In this document: positions 20,382-29,135 of the stretch, in pieces
How the letters are laid out: the number at the start of each line of letters is the position of its first letter
Numbering within the stretch: the stretch's first letter is position 1
IMG/VR virus record: IMGVR_UViG_3300030380_006483
Length of the DNA stretch: 64,000 nt
From: a virus
Strand: one strand, 5' to 3'
The notes under the pieces: generated by a model
The model's input: the letters and a program-made list of their open reading frames with translations, nothing else
The model's database searches: none
What the model was told of the DNA's origin: nothing
Position numbers and translations under genes: made by a program

Positions 20382-21185
20382 ATGGATAAGCTCAAACTCA
20401 GATATCTAATCAGAGAGGCTATAGAAAATGTTGCTAATATTTCATCCAAATTTTCTGTAGGTGATAAAGTAACAACTGTAGATGGAGACACTGCGTTTGT
20501 TACAATGGCAGAACATCCTTTTTATACTGTAGAATTAGAAGAAACTGGTACAACTAAATCATTTAACTTTAAGGATTTAGCTCCTTTTCAAGAAAAAGTA
20601 ATAGCAAAAACATCGGAAGGTATTAAGCTACAAGAGGGAGTTAATGCCTCTCCCGGTTTATTATTTCACCAAGCCCACAATAAACCACTATCAGAATGTA
20701 TTTTTAGAATTGGTTCTAAATCATATATAGAGTTCTACTCTGAAGCAAGAGAATTATTCAATGAAGGTATTCTAAAAATTAATGAATTAGATAAAGATTT
20801 AATTCGTAAAACTGATATTGGTGAATATGGGTTATTTGAAGGTATAGAAGTACCATTAGATGTTCCTTATATTAATGAAAATATTGAGGAAAAAAAGAAA
20901 AAATCAACTAAAAAGGATCCACCTATTGGAAAACCAAAAAGAGGAGGTTCAAAAGCCTACTATGTTTATGTAAGGGATCCTAAAACAAAAAGAATTAAAA
21001 AGGTTTCATTTGGGTCAGGAGGTTTAAGGGCAAAAATTAATAACCCCAAAGCACGTAGAGCATTTGCTGCTAGACATAAATGTTCACAAAAAAATGATAG
21101 AACAAAAGCTTCATATTGGAGCTGTAGGTTGCCAAGATATGCAAAGCAGTTAGGTTTAGGTGCTAATAAAAACACTTTTTGGTAA
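20382..21185 (+). CDS. Modular putative internal head protein with basic Cys/His C-terminal module
   Basis: Leader MDKLKLRYLIRE; linkers LQE, VNA, INE, IEE; C-terminal module K...RHKC...YWSCR. Confidence 0.55.
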   Translation: MDKLKLRYLIREAIENVANISSKFSVGDKVTTVDGDTAFVTMAEHPFYTVELEETGTTKSFNFKDLAPFQEKVIAKTSEGIKLQEGVNASPGLLFHQAHNKPLSECIFRIGSKSYIEFYSEARELFNEGILKINELDKDLIRKTDIGEYGLFEGIEVPLDVPYINENIEEKKKKSTKKDPPIGKPKRGGSKAYYVYVRDPKTKRIKKVSFGSGGLRAKINNPKARRAFAARHKCSQKNDRTKASYWSCRLPRYAKQLGLGANKNTFW

Positions 21186-21186
21186 A

Positions 21187-21444
21187 ATGGCCGCATACAC
21201 TGACTACGATTATAAAGGTTATCATGTAAGACATTTTTCACACGATACTGAAAGCGCTGAGCTAGTATGGCATCGTGACAGAAAAGATAGATATATTACA
21301 CCTATTGGTAAAACTGATTGGCAAATTCAATTTGATGATGAGTTGCCTAGACCAATAGATGATTGTATCTTTATAAAAGAAGGTGTATGGCACAGGGTAA
21401 TAAAAGGCAGTGGATGTTTAAAAATATTAATAGATGAAAATTAG
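21187..21444 (+). CDS. Cupin-like small protein
   Basis: WHRD...WQIQFD...FIKEGVWHRVIKG pattern. ATG at 21187 just after the upstream stop. Confidence 0.55.
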   Translation: MAAYTDYDYKGYHVRHFSHDTESAELVWHRDRKDRYITPIGKTDWQIQFDDELPRPIDDCIFIKEGVWHRVIKGSGCLKILIDEN

Positions 21445-22174
21445 TAAATTAAAAGAAATATTTGAAGATGAAAGTTTAAAGTATGCTTTAGCTACTAATA
21501 TAGCTAAATATGGGCGTCCTCAATCTAAGAAATCAGATAAAAAAGCTAAACTAACTAAAGGTTTAGAGAAAAAAAGAGAAAAAGCAGTGAAAGATTTAAA
21601 AAAATCTATGGGTGAACAAGATATGGGCTCACCATTCCCAGCACCTGATTTAGATAATAAAGGATACATGGCCGCTAGAAAGCTTATAGATCAATTAAGA
21701 TTAACTACATTTAGAAAACTAAATCCGGATGAGTTTGAGGAATTCAAAAGGGAAATAGCCAGTGCTTTTAATATGACATTAAATGAAGCTAAGGATACAG
21801 GAGTTGGATTAGATAGAATTAAATTTTATTTTGATAAATTATATGGTCCTGATTTAAGATTTAATATTAATAGAGATCCTAATAATCCTGAAAGAGATCG
21901 TATTGATGTTCGTGGTTCACAACAAGATTTAGCAGATTTTGGAAGAGCATTACAAGGTGAAAAAATGGAAGGTTACGAAGTATTTTGGACGGATGAGGAG
22001 GATAGAGGAAATATAGTTCGTATCGTTAAATCAGATTCTATAAATGAAAAAAAGAAAAAAGATGGGGATAGATGTCTTAGAATAGCTAGAAGAAAAATGC
22101 CTAAAACATCTGCATACCGTTCTGGATTAATAGTTAAGTGTAGAAAAGGAATGATATGGAAAAAAGAGAAATAA
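21434..22174 (+). CDS. Modular putative internal head protein
   Basis: Leader MKISKLKEIFE; linkers MGE, LNE, INE; basic Cys-containing C-terminal module (DRCLRIA...SAYRSG...KCRKG). Confidence 0.55.
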   Translation: MKISKLKEIFEDESLKYALATNIAKYGRPQSKKSDKKAKLTKGLEKKREKAVKDLKKSMGEQDMGSPFPAPDLDNKGYMAARKLIDQLRLTTFRKLNPDEFEEFKREIASAFNMTLNEAKDTGVGLDRIKFYFDKLYGPDLRFNINRDPNNPERDRIDVRGSQQDLADFGRALQGEKMEGYEVFWTDEEDRGNIVRIVKSDSINEKKKKDGDRCLRIARRKMPKTSAYRSGLIVKCRKGMIWKKEK

Positions 22175-22479
22175 AAAAAGAAACCATTGAATTCAGCCAA
22201 GATTTAAAGGCTTTTACTAAGGGGTTTTTAAAAGAATCTCTTCGTAATTGGTTTAAAAAGGAAAAATGGGTTAGAATAGATACTCAAGGAAATATTACTG
22301 GTCCTTGTGGTACAATGAAAAAAGGTAAAGCTACAACACGTTGTTTACCTTCAGCTAAAGCTAGAAGTTTAACTAAAGCCCAAAGAGCTTCTACAGCTAG
22401 AAAAAAAACAAGGGGTTCTAGAAAAGGTAAACAGTTTGTAAAAAATACTAAAAAGGCAACCGTAAGACTAAAAAAATGA
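22156..22479 (+). CDS. Very basic small protein (putative DNA-binding internal protein)
   Basis: FLKE followed by SLRNWFKKEKWV...GPCG...RCLP...KQF; highly Lys/Arg rich. Confidence 0.55.
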   Translation: MEKREIKKETIEFSQDLKAFTKGFLKESLRNWFKKEKWVRIDTQGNITGPCGTMKKGKATTRCLPSAKARSLTKAQRASTARKKTRGSRKGKQFVKNTKKATVRLKK

Positions 22480-23117
22480 AAAAATTATTATTATTAATTG
22501 TTTTAATGTTAACAGGTTGTAGCAGTTATCAAGTTAATGATAACCGAATAGCAAGTATATTAGCTGTAACTGAAAAAGGAGACACTATTTCTGTCCCTTA
22601 TAAAAAATTTTTAAATGATAGATATACTGAATATACTAGATTTAATTATAATAATAATTGGTATTGGAATAATTGGAGATATGATTGGCAATGGAGATAT
22701 AATTATTGGTATTATGGACAATTAGATTATTACAATAATTACTATAATAATACACCAACACGTAGTTATAATTTTTCAAACCCAAGTAGTAAAAGGGGAG
22801 AAAAAGTAACAGTTATACCACCTGAAAATGATGGGATATATGTACCACCTTCACCTCCAAAACCACCAAAGGATAAAAAAGATAATATACGTATTTGGAA
22901 TAATCCTAGGCCTGCCCCAGGAAATCCAGTAAGAAGAAGTTTTAATCAACCTAATCAACCTTCTTATAGACAAAATAGTTTTAGTGCCCCTAGAAATAAT
23001 TTTAGTGCCCCTAGAAGCTATAGTGCTCCTAGAAGTAGTGCACCCACAAGATCGGCATCTCCTGTTCAAAGTGCGCCATCGGGTGGAAAAGGAAGTTCAA
23101 CTGGCAAAATTAATTAA
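22476..23117 (+). CDS. Lipoprotein with Trp/Tyr/Asn-rich core and Pro/Ser/Arg-rich tail
   Basis: MKKLLLLIVLMLTG-C lipobox; C-terminal (S/F/Y)SAPR repeats at 22978-23043. Confidence 0.7.
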   Translation: MKKLLLLIVLMLTGCSSYQVNDNRIASILAVTEKGDTISVPYKKFLNDRYTEYTRFNYNNNWYWNNWRYDWQWRYNYWYYGQLDYYNNYYNNTPTRSYNFSNPSSKRGEKVTVIPPENDGIYVPPSPPKPPKDKKDNIRIWNNPRPAPGNPVRRSFNQPNQPSYRQNSFSAPRNNFSAPRSYSAPRSSAPTRSASPVQSAPSGGKGSSTGKIN

Positions 23118-23140
23118 TATTTATATAAAAATATATAATC

Positions 23141-23887
23141 ATGGATAAATTTAACTTAAAAGGATATATCAACGAAAATAATCTTGGCGCCTATTCTAGG
23201 TTAAAAGAAAAACTTGATCCAGTAGGAAAAGAAGATAGTGATATTGACAACGATGGTGATGTTGATAAAACAGATGACTATTTAGCTAATAAAAGAAAAG
23301 CTGTATCTAAAGCAATAGCTGATAAAGAAAAAACTGACACTGAAAAAGATGCTAGAAAAGCAAAAGGTATGATGAATGAAGCTACTGATGCTGAGATAAT
23401 TGATTTATTATCTGATATGTTACTTAAATTATCTGATGGGAATACTACAGCTAGACAAGCTGCTTTTGATATAGCTAAAGAACAAGGTGTAAGTTTTAAT
23501 CTTATTATACAAAAATACCAACAAAAAGGTGGTGAGTTACAAGATATAGATTTTGAAACGTTAAAAGAAGATTTAGATGTAGGACATCAAGATGATGAAC
23601 CAAATATGTTAAAGAAAACTTTATATAGATCAGCTAAAATGGCTTCAATGTTATATAAGGAACTAGATAAATTTGATAAATTCCCAACGGAAGTAGATTT
23701 TCCAAATTGGTGGCAAGCCAAAATTATTAAAGCTAATGATTATTTAACTGCGGCATTTGATTATTTAGATGGTGAACAACAAACTGCTAAATTAGATGCT
23801 ATGCAGGAAAAGAAAATTGAAGTAGATGATGATACTAATTTTAAAGTGTCATTATCCCATTTATTAGATAAGCATATAACTAAATAG
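23141..23887 (+). CDS. Modular putative internal head protein
   Basis: Leader MDKFNLKGYINE; DIDNDGDVD loop; linkers LKE, MNE, LKE, MQE; late motif upstream. Confidence 0.55.
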   Translation: MDKFNLKGYINENNLGAYSRLKEKLDPVGKEDSDIDNDGDVDKTDDYLANKRKAVSKAIADKEKTDTEKDARKAKGMMNEATDAEIIDLLSDMLLKLSDGNTTARQAAFDIAKEQGVSFNLIIQKYQQKGGELQDIDFETLKEDLDVGHQDDEPNMLKKTLYRSAKMASMLYKELDKFDKFPTEVDFPNWWQAKIIKANDYLTAAFDYLDGEQQTAKLDAMQEKKIEVDDDTNFKVSLSHLLDKHITK

Positions 23888-25596
23888 TGGATAAAAAAGA
23901 ATTCATACAACTTTTAGAGCAAGAAATAGAGGATTTTGTCCAAACTCAAGCCGAAAAGATTGTCTCATTTGAAGATGATCCCAAGGAATATATTCTGCAA
24001 AAATACCCCTCATTAAAGGAAACACTTGTTGATTTAATGACGGAAAGTTTTGATGAGTACATTACTGGTATCTATGTAATGGCTCCTAAACCAACTACAT
24101 TTAAAGTACTACTTCACAATGGTCAACATTTCTTTTTAATCTATGCTAAAGATTCTTACATAGCAAAAATTTCAGGTAAAAAATATTATTTATCAGATTT
24201 AGGAGCAGAAGAATATGCTATTAAAGCAATAGCGGATTTACTTACAATGGGTATGCCTCCAGGAGCAGAAGGTCCTGATCAAGAAGCTGATAATGATATG
24301 ACTAAGGATGCTGATGAAACCCCAGATGCAGAACCAGCAGATGATACAGGAGGGGATGAAGAAGAACTAGCAGAAAGTGTTGATGATATTCCTGATAGTG
24401 AAAAAGATGATTATGGTCGTCCATTTGTAGATCCAAAAGGTTCAAGAACGTTTATGGAGCCAGATGAAATGAAGCCTTTTAATAGATTTAAAAAAATGAT
24501 GGATAAATTAGAAAAAAAATTACCATCTAAAAAGCTTCGTATCTTAAAAGAGCAAGAAGAAAAAAAAACTGATCTAAAGACTGATCTTATTAATTTAATA
24601 CGTTCTAGTGAACTTTCTGATGAACAACTTGCTGTTTATATAAAATCTGTTAAAAATAAAGGAAAAAAAGATAGTTTAACAAACCAATTAACTTCAAAAG
24701 GATACACCCCAGATAGATTCAAATTTGGGGAAAAAGCAATTGAAAAAATAAACAGAGATTTAGATAATGCTGATTTAGATGCTTATTTTAAATATCTTGA
24801 AAATCCTAAATCTCTAAAAAGTTTATCTCCTTCAGGAAAATTTTATCAAGAATTAGGTTTAGATAAAGAATTAGTAAATTCATTTGTTAATATAGAACCA
24901 GGGGCTGACCAAGGAGGATCCTCTATTGGTAAAGCGGAATTGTTTTTAAGTTTATTTTTTAAAGATGTAGGTAATTCAGAAGGTGGAATAGATCCTGAAA
25001 CGGGTGAAATTAAAAAAGCAAAAGGTGATAATAATTGGGAAGGTGTAGGAAACTTAGAAGTAAAAGGTACTAATGGTAGATTAGGACAACAAGGAGGTAG
25101 AGGGCTAGATGCTACTAATACTTTTGAAAATTTATCTAAAGACTTACTTTCTGATGAACAATTAAAAGAATTTGGGGATAGATTTTTTAAAAAACCTTGG
25201 ACAATGTCTACATCAATAGCTGAGTTATATAAATTAGCTATGCAAAATAAAGTTCCTGAAACTGAAATACAAAGTAAAATAAATAAGGCTTTAGATGCCG
25301 TATATTTTAATCAAAATTTAGCTAATGATTATTTTAAAACAGAAACAGATTTTACAGATTTAGAAGAAATAACTAAAAACTTGTTAAAATTAAATGCCGC
25401 TTCTTATTCAAAAGCTAAAGGCATAGATGCTGTTTTATTTGTAGACACAGCAGGAGGTGAAAATAGATATGTTATAGTAAAAAAATCTGACTATGATGAA
25501 ACTATTGATAATAAAAAATTTTGGACTACAACTAAGGGACCTACTGGTTTCCAATGGACAAATGTTAACCCTAATTTAGTAGTTGCTAAAGATTAA
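23887..25596 (+). CDS. Modular protein with C-terminal PD-(D/E)XK restriction-endonuclease-like domain
   Basis: GTG start; acidic linker ending LAE; ILKE; then GKAELFL...KGD...LEVKGTNGRLG. Confidence 0.5.
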   Translation: MDKKEFIQLLEQEIEDFVQTQAEKIVSFEDDPKEYILQKYPSLKETLVDLMTESFDEYITGIYVMAPKPTTFKVLLHNGQHFFLIYAKDSYIAKISGKKYYLSDLGAEEYAIKAIADLLTMGMPPGAEGPDQEADNDMTKDADETPDAEPADDTGGDEEELAESVDDIPDSEKDDYGRPFVDPKGSRTFMEPDEMKPFNRFKKMMDKLEKKLPSKKLRILKEQEEKKTDLKTDLINLIRSSELSDEQLAVYIKSVKNKGKKDSLTNQLTSKGYTPDRFKFGEKAIEKINRDLDNADLDAYFKYLENPKSLKSLSPSGKFYQELGLDKELVNSFVNIEPGADQGGSSIGKAELFLSLFFKDVGNSEGGIDPETGEIKKAKGDNNWEGVGNLEVKGTNGRLGQQGGRGLDATNTFENLSKDLLSDEQLKEFGDRFFKKPWTMSTSIAELYKLAMQNKVPETEIQSKINKALDAVYFNQNLANDYFKTETDFTDLEEITKNLLKLNAASYSKAKGIDAVLFVDTAGGENRYVIVKKSDYDETIDNKKFWTTTKGPTGFQWTNVNPNLVVAKD

Positions 25597-25610
25597 AATA
25601 TTTATAACAT

Positions 25611-25847
25611 ATGGATAATTTCGATCTAAAAAAATATTTAGTAGAAGGTAAATTAACCGAACAAGAAGAAGAAATGGATTTTTCTTATACTGAACTAACT
25701 GATGATGAAAAAGATATGGTTAGTGATGTACTTGAAGATATATATGAAAAGATAAATCCAACTAATGATATAAAAAAATACACAGGATTATTTAAATTCA
25801 TTGATAGCTGGTTTGAAGCTAGAGGTGGTATAGGATCAGGAGCATAA
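25611..25847 (+). CDS. Small acidic protein with conserved leader MDNFDLKKYLVEGKLTE
   Basis: 78 aa; late motif at 25597. Confidence 0.7.
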   Translation: MDNFDLKKYLVEGKLTEQEEEMDFSYTELTDDEKDMVSDVLEDIYEKINPTNDIKKYTGLFKFIDSWFEARGGIGSGA

Positions 25848-25857
25848 TATAAATAAT

Positions 25858-26139
25858 ATGAATAATTTTAATTTAAAAAAATACTTAGCTGAAGGTCACT
25901 TATTAAAGGAGGCCGTAATTTGGAACTGGGATGGAGATAGAAACTCTCTAGAGGAAGTTCCACCAAAATTTAAAGCTGCTGTAAAAGCAGAATTAGAAGA
26001 TCCATTAAGTGACGAACAATTTGAAGAAGCTTTTGATGCTGTTAAAAATTCTTTTGCTGATGAAGCAGGTAGAGGTAGCATGAAATTTAAATCAGACGAT
26101 TGGGCTGAAATGATTGATATGGATTACGATCCAGATTAA
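25858..26139 (+). CDS. Small acidic protein with conserved leader MNNFNLKKYLAEGHLLKE
   Basis: 93 aa; first 47 nt are 45/47 identical to the start of the next gene. Confidence 0.7.
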   Translation: MNNFNLKKYLAEGHLLKEAVIWNWDGDRNSLEEVPPKFKAAVKAELEDPLSDEQFEEAFDAVKNSFADEAGRGSMKFKSDDWAEMIDMDYDPD

Positions 26140-26174
26140 CTTTAAAAATAAATGTATAATTAAAATAAATAAAA

Positions 26175-26483
26175 ATGAATAATTTTAATTTAAAAAAATA
26201 CTTAGCAGAAGGTCGCTTATTTGAATCAATTAATCTTGACATTGAAGATGATATAGCAATACTAAGTGGGGATTCAGGTGAATACGAAGGTGAAATTAAA
26301 GATGGAAAAGTATCATTTTCTATTATATATGATAATTTAGATTTTAGAATAACAGATAAATTTAATAAAAATAATATTGAAGATTTTTTAGGTAAAAGTC
26401 ATGCATTTGTAGAATTAGCTAAAAAATATGACCATAATTGGGATATTGAACGTGATTTAGTTGGTATAACAATAAAATTATAA
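26175..26483 (+). CDS. Small acidic protein with conserved leader MNNFNLKKYLAEGRLFE
   Basis: 102 aa; shares only the leader with the two preceding genes. Confidence 0.7.
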   Translation: MNNFNLKKYLAEGRLFESINLDIEDDIAILSGDSGEYEGEIKDGKVSFSIIYDNLDFRITDKFNKNNIEDFLGKSHAFVELAKKYDHNWDIERDLVGITIKL

Positions 26484-26540
26484 TAAAAAACATACAGACT
26501 ATATTCATAGCATAGTCGTTTATTTTAGTTAATAGGAGCT

Positions 26541-26574
26541 GTGGCCCAATTTTTTGGAGCCACAACTTTTTTTT
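26541..26574 (+). terminator. Rho-independent terminator
   Basis: GTGGC-CCAA-TTTT-TTGG-A-GCCAC hairpin followed by AAC and a T8 run. Confidence 0.7.
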
Positions 26575-26584
26575 CGTATATTTA
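26553..26584 (+). promoter_or_regulatory. Bacteroidota-type promoter-like site upstream of the FAD oxidoreductase
   Basis: TTTG (26553-56), N20, TATATTTA (26577-84). Confidence 0.55.
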
Positions 26585-26601
26585 ATAGTTAAATCGTGTA
26601 A

Positions 26602-27897
26602 ATGAAAAACGTAGTAATAATAGGTGCAGGTGTAGCAGGTGTAAATGCTGCTACTAAATTAATTGATAATCAATTTGATGGTCAAATTACTATCATTGAT
26701 ATGGGTAAGGATCCTTATAAGAGACCTTATGAAGAAGTAATGACAGGCTTTTTAGGAGCTGGTGGTTGGTCAGATGGTAAATTAACTTACCACACATCTA
26801 TAGGTGGACAATTAGCAAAATATTGTGGTGAAGAAAAAGCAATGGAGTTAATGGATCAAGTAATTGAAAATTTTAAAAGATTCCACCCTAAACCGGAGGC
26901 AGTACAATGTTCTAACCCAATAGAAGAACCAGATTTTATTAAACCATATTTTGGTTTGAGATTATTCCCAGTATGGCATGTTGGTACTGATTACTTACAT
27001 GAAATAGGTAAAAATTGGTATAATTTTTTAGTTGATAATTTTGTAAACTTTAAATGGGAAACTAAAGTGACTGATATTGATTTTGATAAAAACTTAGTCT
27101 ATATGGGTGATGAAGTTATATTATATGATGAATTAATATTTGGAGTAGGAAAATCAGGAATTGATTTTGGTAAACAATTAGCTGAAAAATATGAATTACC
27201 AACTGAACCTAAATCAGTACAAATAGGTGTTAGATTTGAAGCACCACAAGAACATTTCCAAAAGTTAATAGATGTTTCTTATGATTTTAAATTATATAGA
27301 AAATTTGATGATGAAGGGGTATCATTAAGATCATTCTGTACTAATAATAACGCTGCTTACGTAGCAGTGGAAGAAACGTATGGAGACCATAGTTACAATG
27401 GTCACGCCAAAAAAGATGAGGCCTACCGAAATAACATGACTAACTTCGGAATTCTCATGGAAATACAGGGTATAACATACCCATTTAATTTCTCAAGAAG
27501 TGTAGTATCTAATTTAAATGATATGTCTAAAGATGGAACTGGATTATACTATAGTCCATCCCGTAAACCTTCAACAACATCAGAAGGTGTAGATGTATCT
27601 GCTATTCAAATTGGTGAAGATGATTTAAAACAAGTAAGAGAAGAATTTAGAGGATATTTTAAATATATAGATGGTTTCATTGATGATATGAAAAAAGTAT
27701 TTCCAACATTAAAAGATGATTGGGGTATTTACATACCAGAAGTCAAATATTTATCACCCGAACCATTAGTAAATTATAATAATTTAAGTTTAACAAAATA
27801 TGGACAAGTCTACTTTGTCGGCGATGCGCTCTCTGCTAGAGGAATTACAGTCAGTGGAGCACAAGGCATCTACGTTGCCGAAAAACTTATCAGCTAA
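26602..27897 (+). CDS. FAD-dependent oxidoreductase (uncharacterised COG2509-like)
   Basis: IIGAGVAG Rossmann motif, GAGGWSDGKL, C-terminal YFVGD...RGITVSG. Confidence 0.8.
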   Translation: MKNVVIIGAGVAGVNAATKLIDNQFDGQITIIDMGKDPYKRPYEEVMTGFLGAGGWSDGKLTYHTSIGGQLAKYCGEEKAMELMDQVIENFKRFHPKPEAVQCSNPIEEPDFIKPYFGLRLFPVWHVGTDYLHEIGKNWYNFLVDNFVNFKWETKVTDIDFDKNLVYMGDEVILYDELIFGVGKSGIDFGKQLAEKYELPTEPKSVQIGVRFEAPQEHFQKLIDVSYDFKLYRKFDDEGVSLRSFCTNNNAAYVAVEETYGDHSYNGHAKKDEAYRNNMTNFGILMEIQGITYPFNFSRSVVSNLNDMSKDGTGLYYSPSRKPSTTSEGVDVSAIQIGEDDLKQVREEFRGYFKYIDGFIDDMKKVFPTLKDDWGIYIPEVKYLSPEPLVNYNNLSLTKYGQVYFVGDALSARGITVSGAQGIYVAEKLIS

Positions 27898-28069
27898 GGA
27901 ATTAGAAGAACTGTTAATAGCAATTGATGGGTATTTTGTACTTAATTACTCCAATAAATCATTATTTGATCCACTTACTTTAAAGGAAATGGAAGGATTT
28001 CTAGATTTAAGGCATGAGGTTTTAACTAAATATCAAACGCTTAGTCCGCACAAATATTTATTGATATAA
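27875..28069 (+). CDS. Small hypothetical protein (TTG start)
   Basis: MPKNLSAKELEELLIAIDGYF... fills the gap between two genes; start uncertain. Confidence 0.3.
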   Translation: MPKNLSAKELEELLIAIDGYFVLNYSNKSLFDPLTLKEMEGFLDLRHEVLTKYQTLSPHKYLLI

Positions 28070-28073
28070 CCTT

Positions 28074-28394
28074 ATGAACGAAAACTTGATCCATATTTTA
28101 ATTGCTGTTATTTCTGCGCTTGGTAGTGTAGGAGCATGGAGATTTTATGAAACTAGATTAACATTAAAATCTAAAGTTGAACGAAGTACTCAACGAGCTA
28201 ATGAGAATTTTATTAATGATTTACAAGAAAGAGTAAATAAACTAGAAGCTTTACTTGTAGAATCATCAGAAGAAAAAGATGAAATGCGTGATATAATTAC
28301 TTCATTATCTTCTGAAGTATCAGGTTTAAAAGTTAAAATTGAGTATTTAGAGAATGAAAATATATTTCTTAAAGGAAAGAAATCACGCAAATAA
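28074..28394 (+). CDS. Membrane-anchored coiled-coil protein (holin/lysis-associated candidate)
   Basis: N-terminal hydrophobic helix LIHILIAVISALGSVGAW, then heptads; late motif upstream. Confidence 0.45.
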   Translation: MNENLIHILIAVISALGSVGAWRFYETRLTLKSKVERSTQRANENFINDLQERVNKLEALLVESSEEKDEMRDIITSLSSEVSGLKVKIEYLENENIFLKGKKSRK

Positions 28395-28426
28395 TTTGGA
28401 GAAGCCAAATATTGTTCGTATATTTA
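28395..28426 (+). promoter_or_regulatory. Bacteroidota-type promoter-like site
   Basis: TTTG (28395-98), N20, TATATTTA (28419-26); contains a TTTGG-N5-CCAAA inverted repeat. Confidence 0.55.
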
Positions 28427-28451
28427 TGTGTTCAAATTAAAATTAAATGTT

Positions 28452-28703
28452 ATGAAAAAATCTACAAAAGGAGATTGGAGTACTCGCACAATAAACACTC
28501 CAGAAGGTATTCAAGTTACTTTTTTTGATAAAAAATTCCATAATTGGAATGGCCCAGCTATAAAATATCCAAGAGAATTTAAGCAAAAAGCTAGATATTT
28601 CTTATATGGATTTGAGAAAACAAGAGATGAATGGATTGATGCTAGAAGAGATAGAAATGGTGTTCCACCAGATAAAAACCCACAAGTAAAAGCTAGATTC
28701 TAA
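28452..28703 (+). CDS. Hypothetical protein (HNWNGPAI, MORN-like motif)
   Basis: Open frame; ATG at 28452 is preferred to 28428, which lies too close to the promoter motif. Confidence 0.5.
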   Translation: MKKSTKGDWSTRTINTPEGIQVTFFDKKFHNWNGPAIKYPREFKQKARYFLYGFEKTRDEWIDARRDRNGVPPDKNPQVKARF

Positions 28704-29129
28704 ATGAAAAAAGCTATAATAGTATCTGGTTATTTTAACCCAATACATAAAGGTCACTTAGAGCTCTTCGCGAAAGCGAAGGCTCAAGCTGATGAGTTAT
28801 GGGTTATTGTTAATAGTGATTTACAACGTGAATTAAAAGGTTCAAAAGAATTTCAAGATGAAAATGAAAGATTATTAATAGTAAGCAGTCTTAAAATGGT
28901 TGATTATGCTATGGTATCTGTTGATAAAGATAGAACAGTATGTGAATCAATTAGAACATTAAATGTAAAAGCAATAACTAAGGATCCTAAATATCAAATT
29001 ACATTTGCTAATGGTGGTGATCAAAACAATGATTCTATACCAGAAGCGGGGATTTGTAGAGAACTTGGTGTATCTTTATTAGAAGGTTTAGGTGATAAAA
29101 TTCAATCATCTAGTTGGTTATTAAAATAA
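28704..29129 (+). CDS. Cytidylyltransferase-like nucleotidyltransferase (TagD/HldC/RibL-type)
   Basis: SGYFNPIHKGH HIGH motif, VIVNSD, ERLLIVSSLKMVD, FANGGD, terminal QSSSWLL. Confidence 0.8.
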   Translation: MKKAIIVSGYFNPIHKGHLELFAKAKAQADELWVIVNSDLQRELKGSKEFQDENERLLIVSSLKMVDYAMVSVDKDRTVCESIRTLNVKAITKDPKYQITFANGGDQNNDSIPEAGICRELGVSLLEGLGDKIQSSSWLLK

Positions 29130-29135
29130 AAATAT

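Noticed and set aside
27800-27874. ATG start at 27800 for the 89-aa ORF
   Set aside because: It overlaps about 100 nt of the conserved oxidoreductase C-terminus; a TTG start at 27875 is more plausible if the gene is real.
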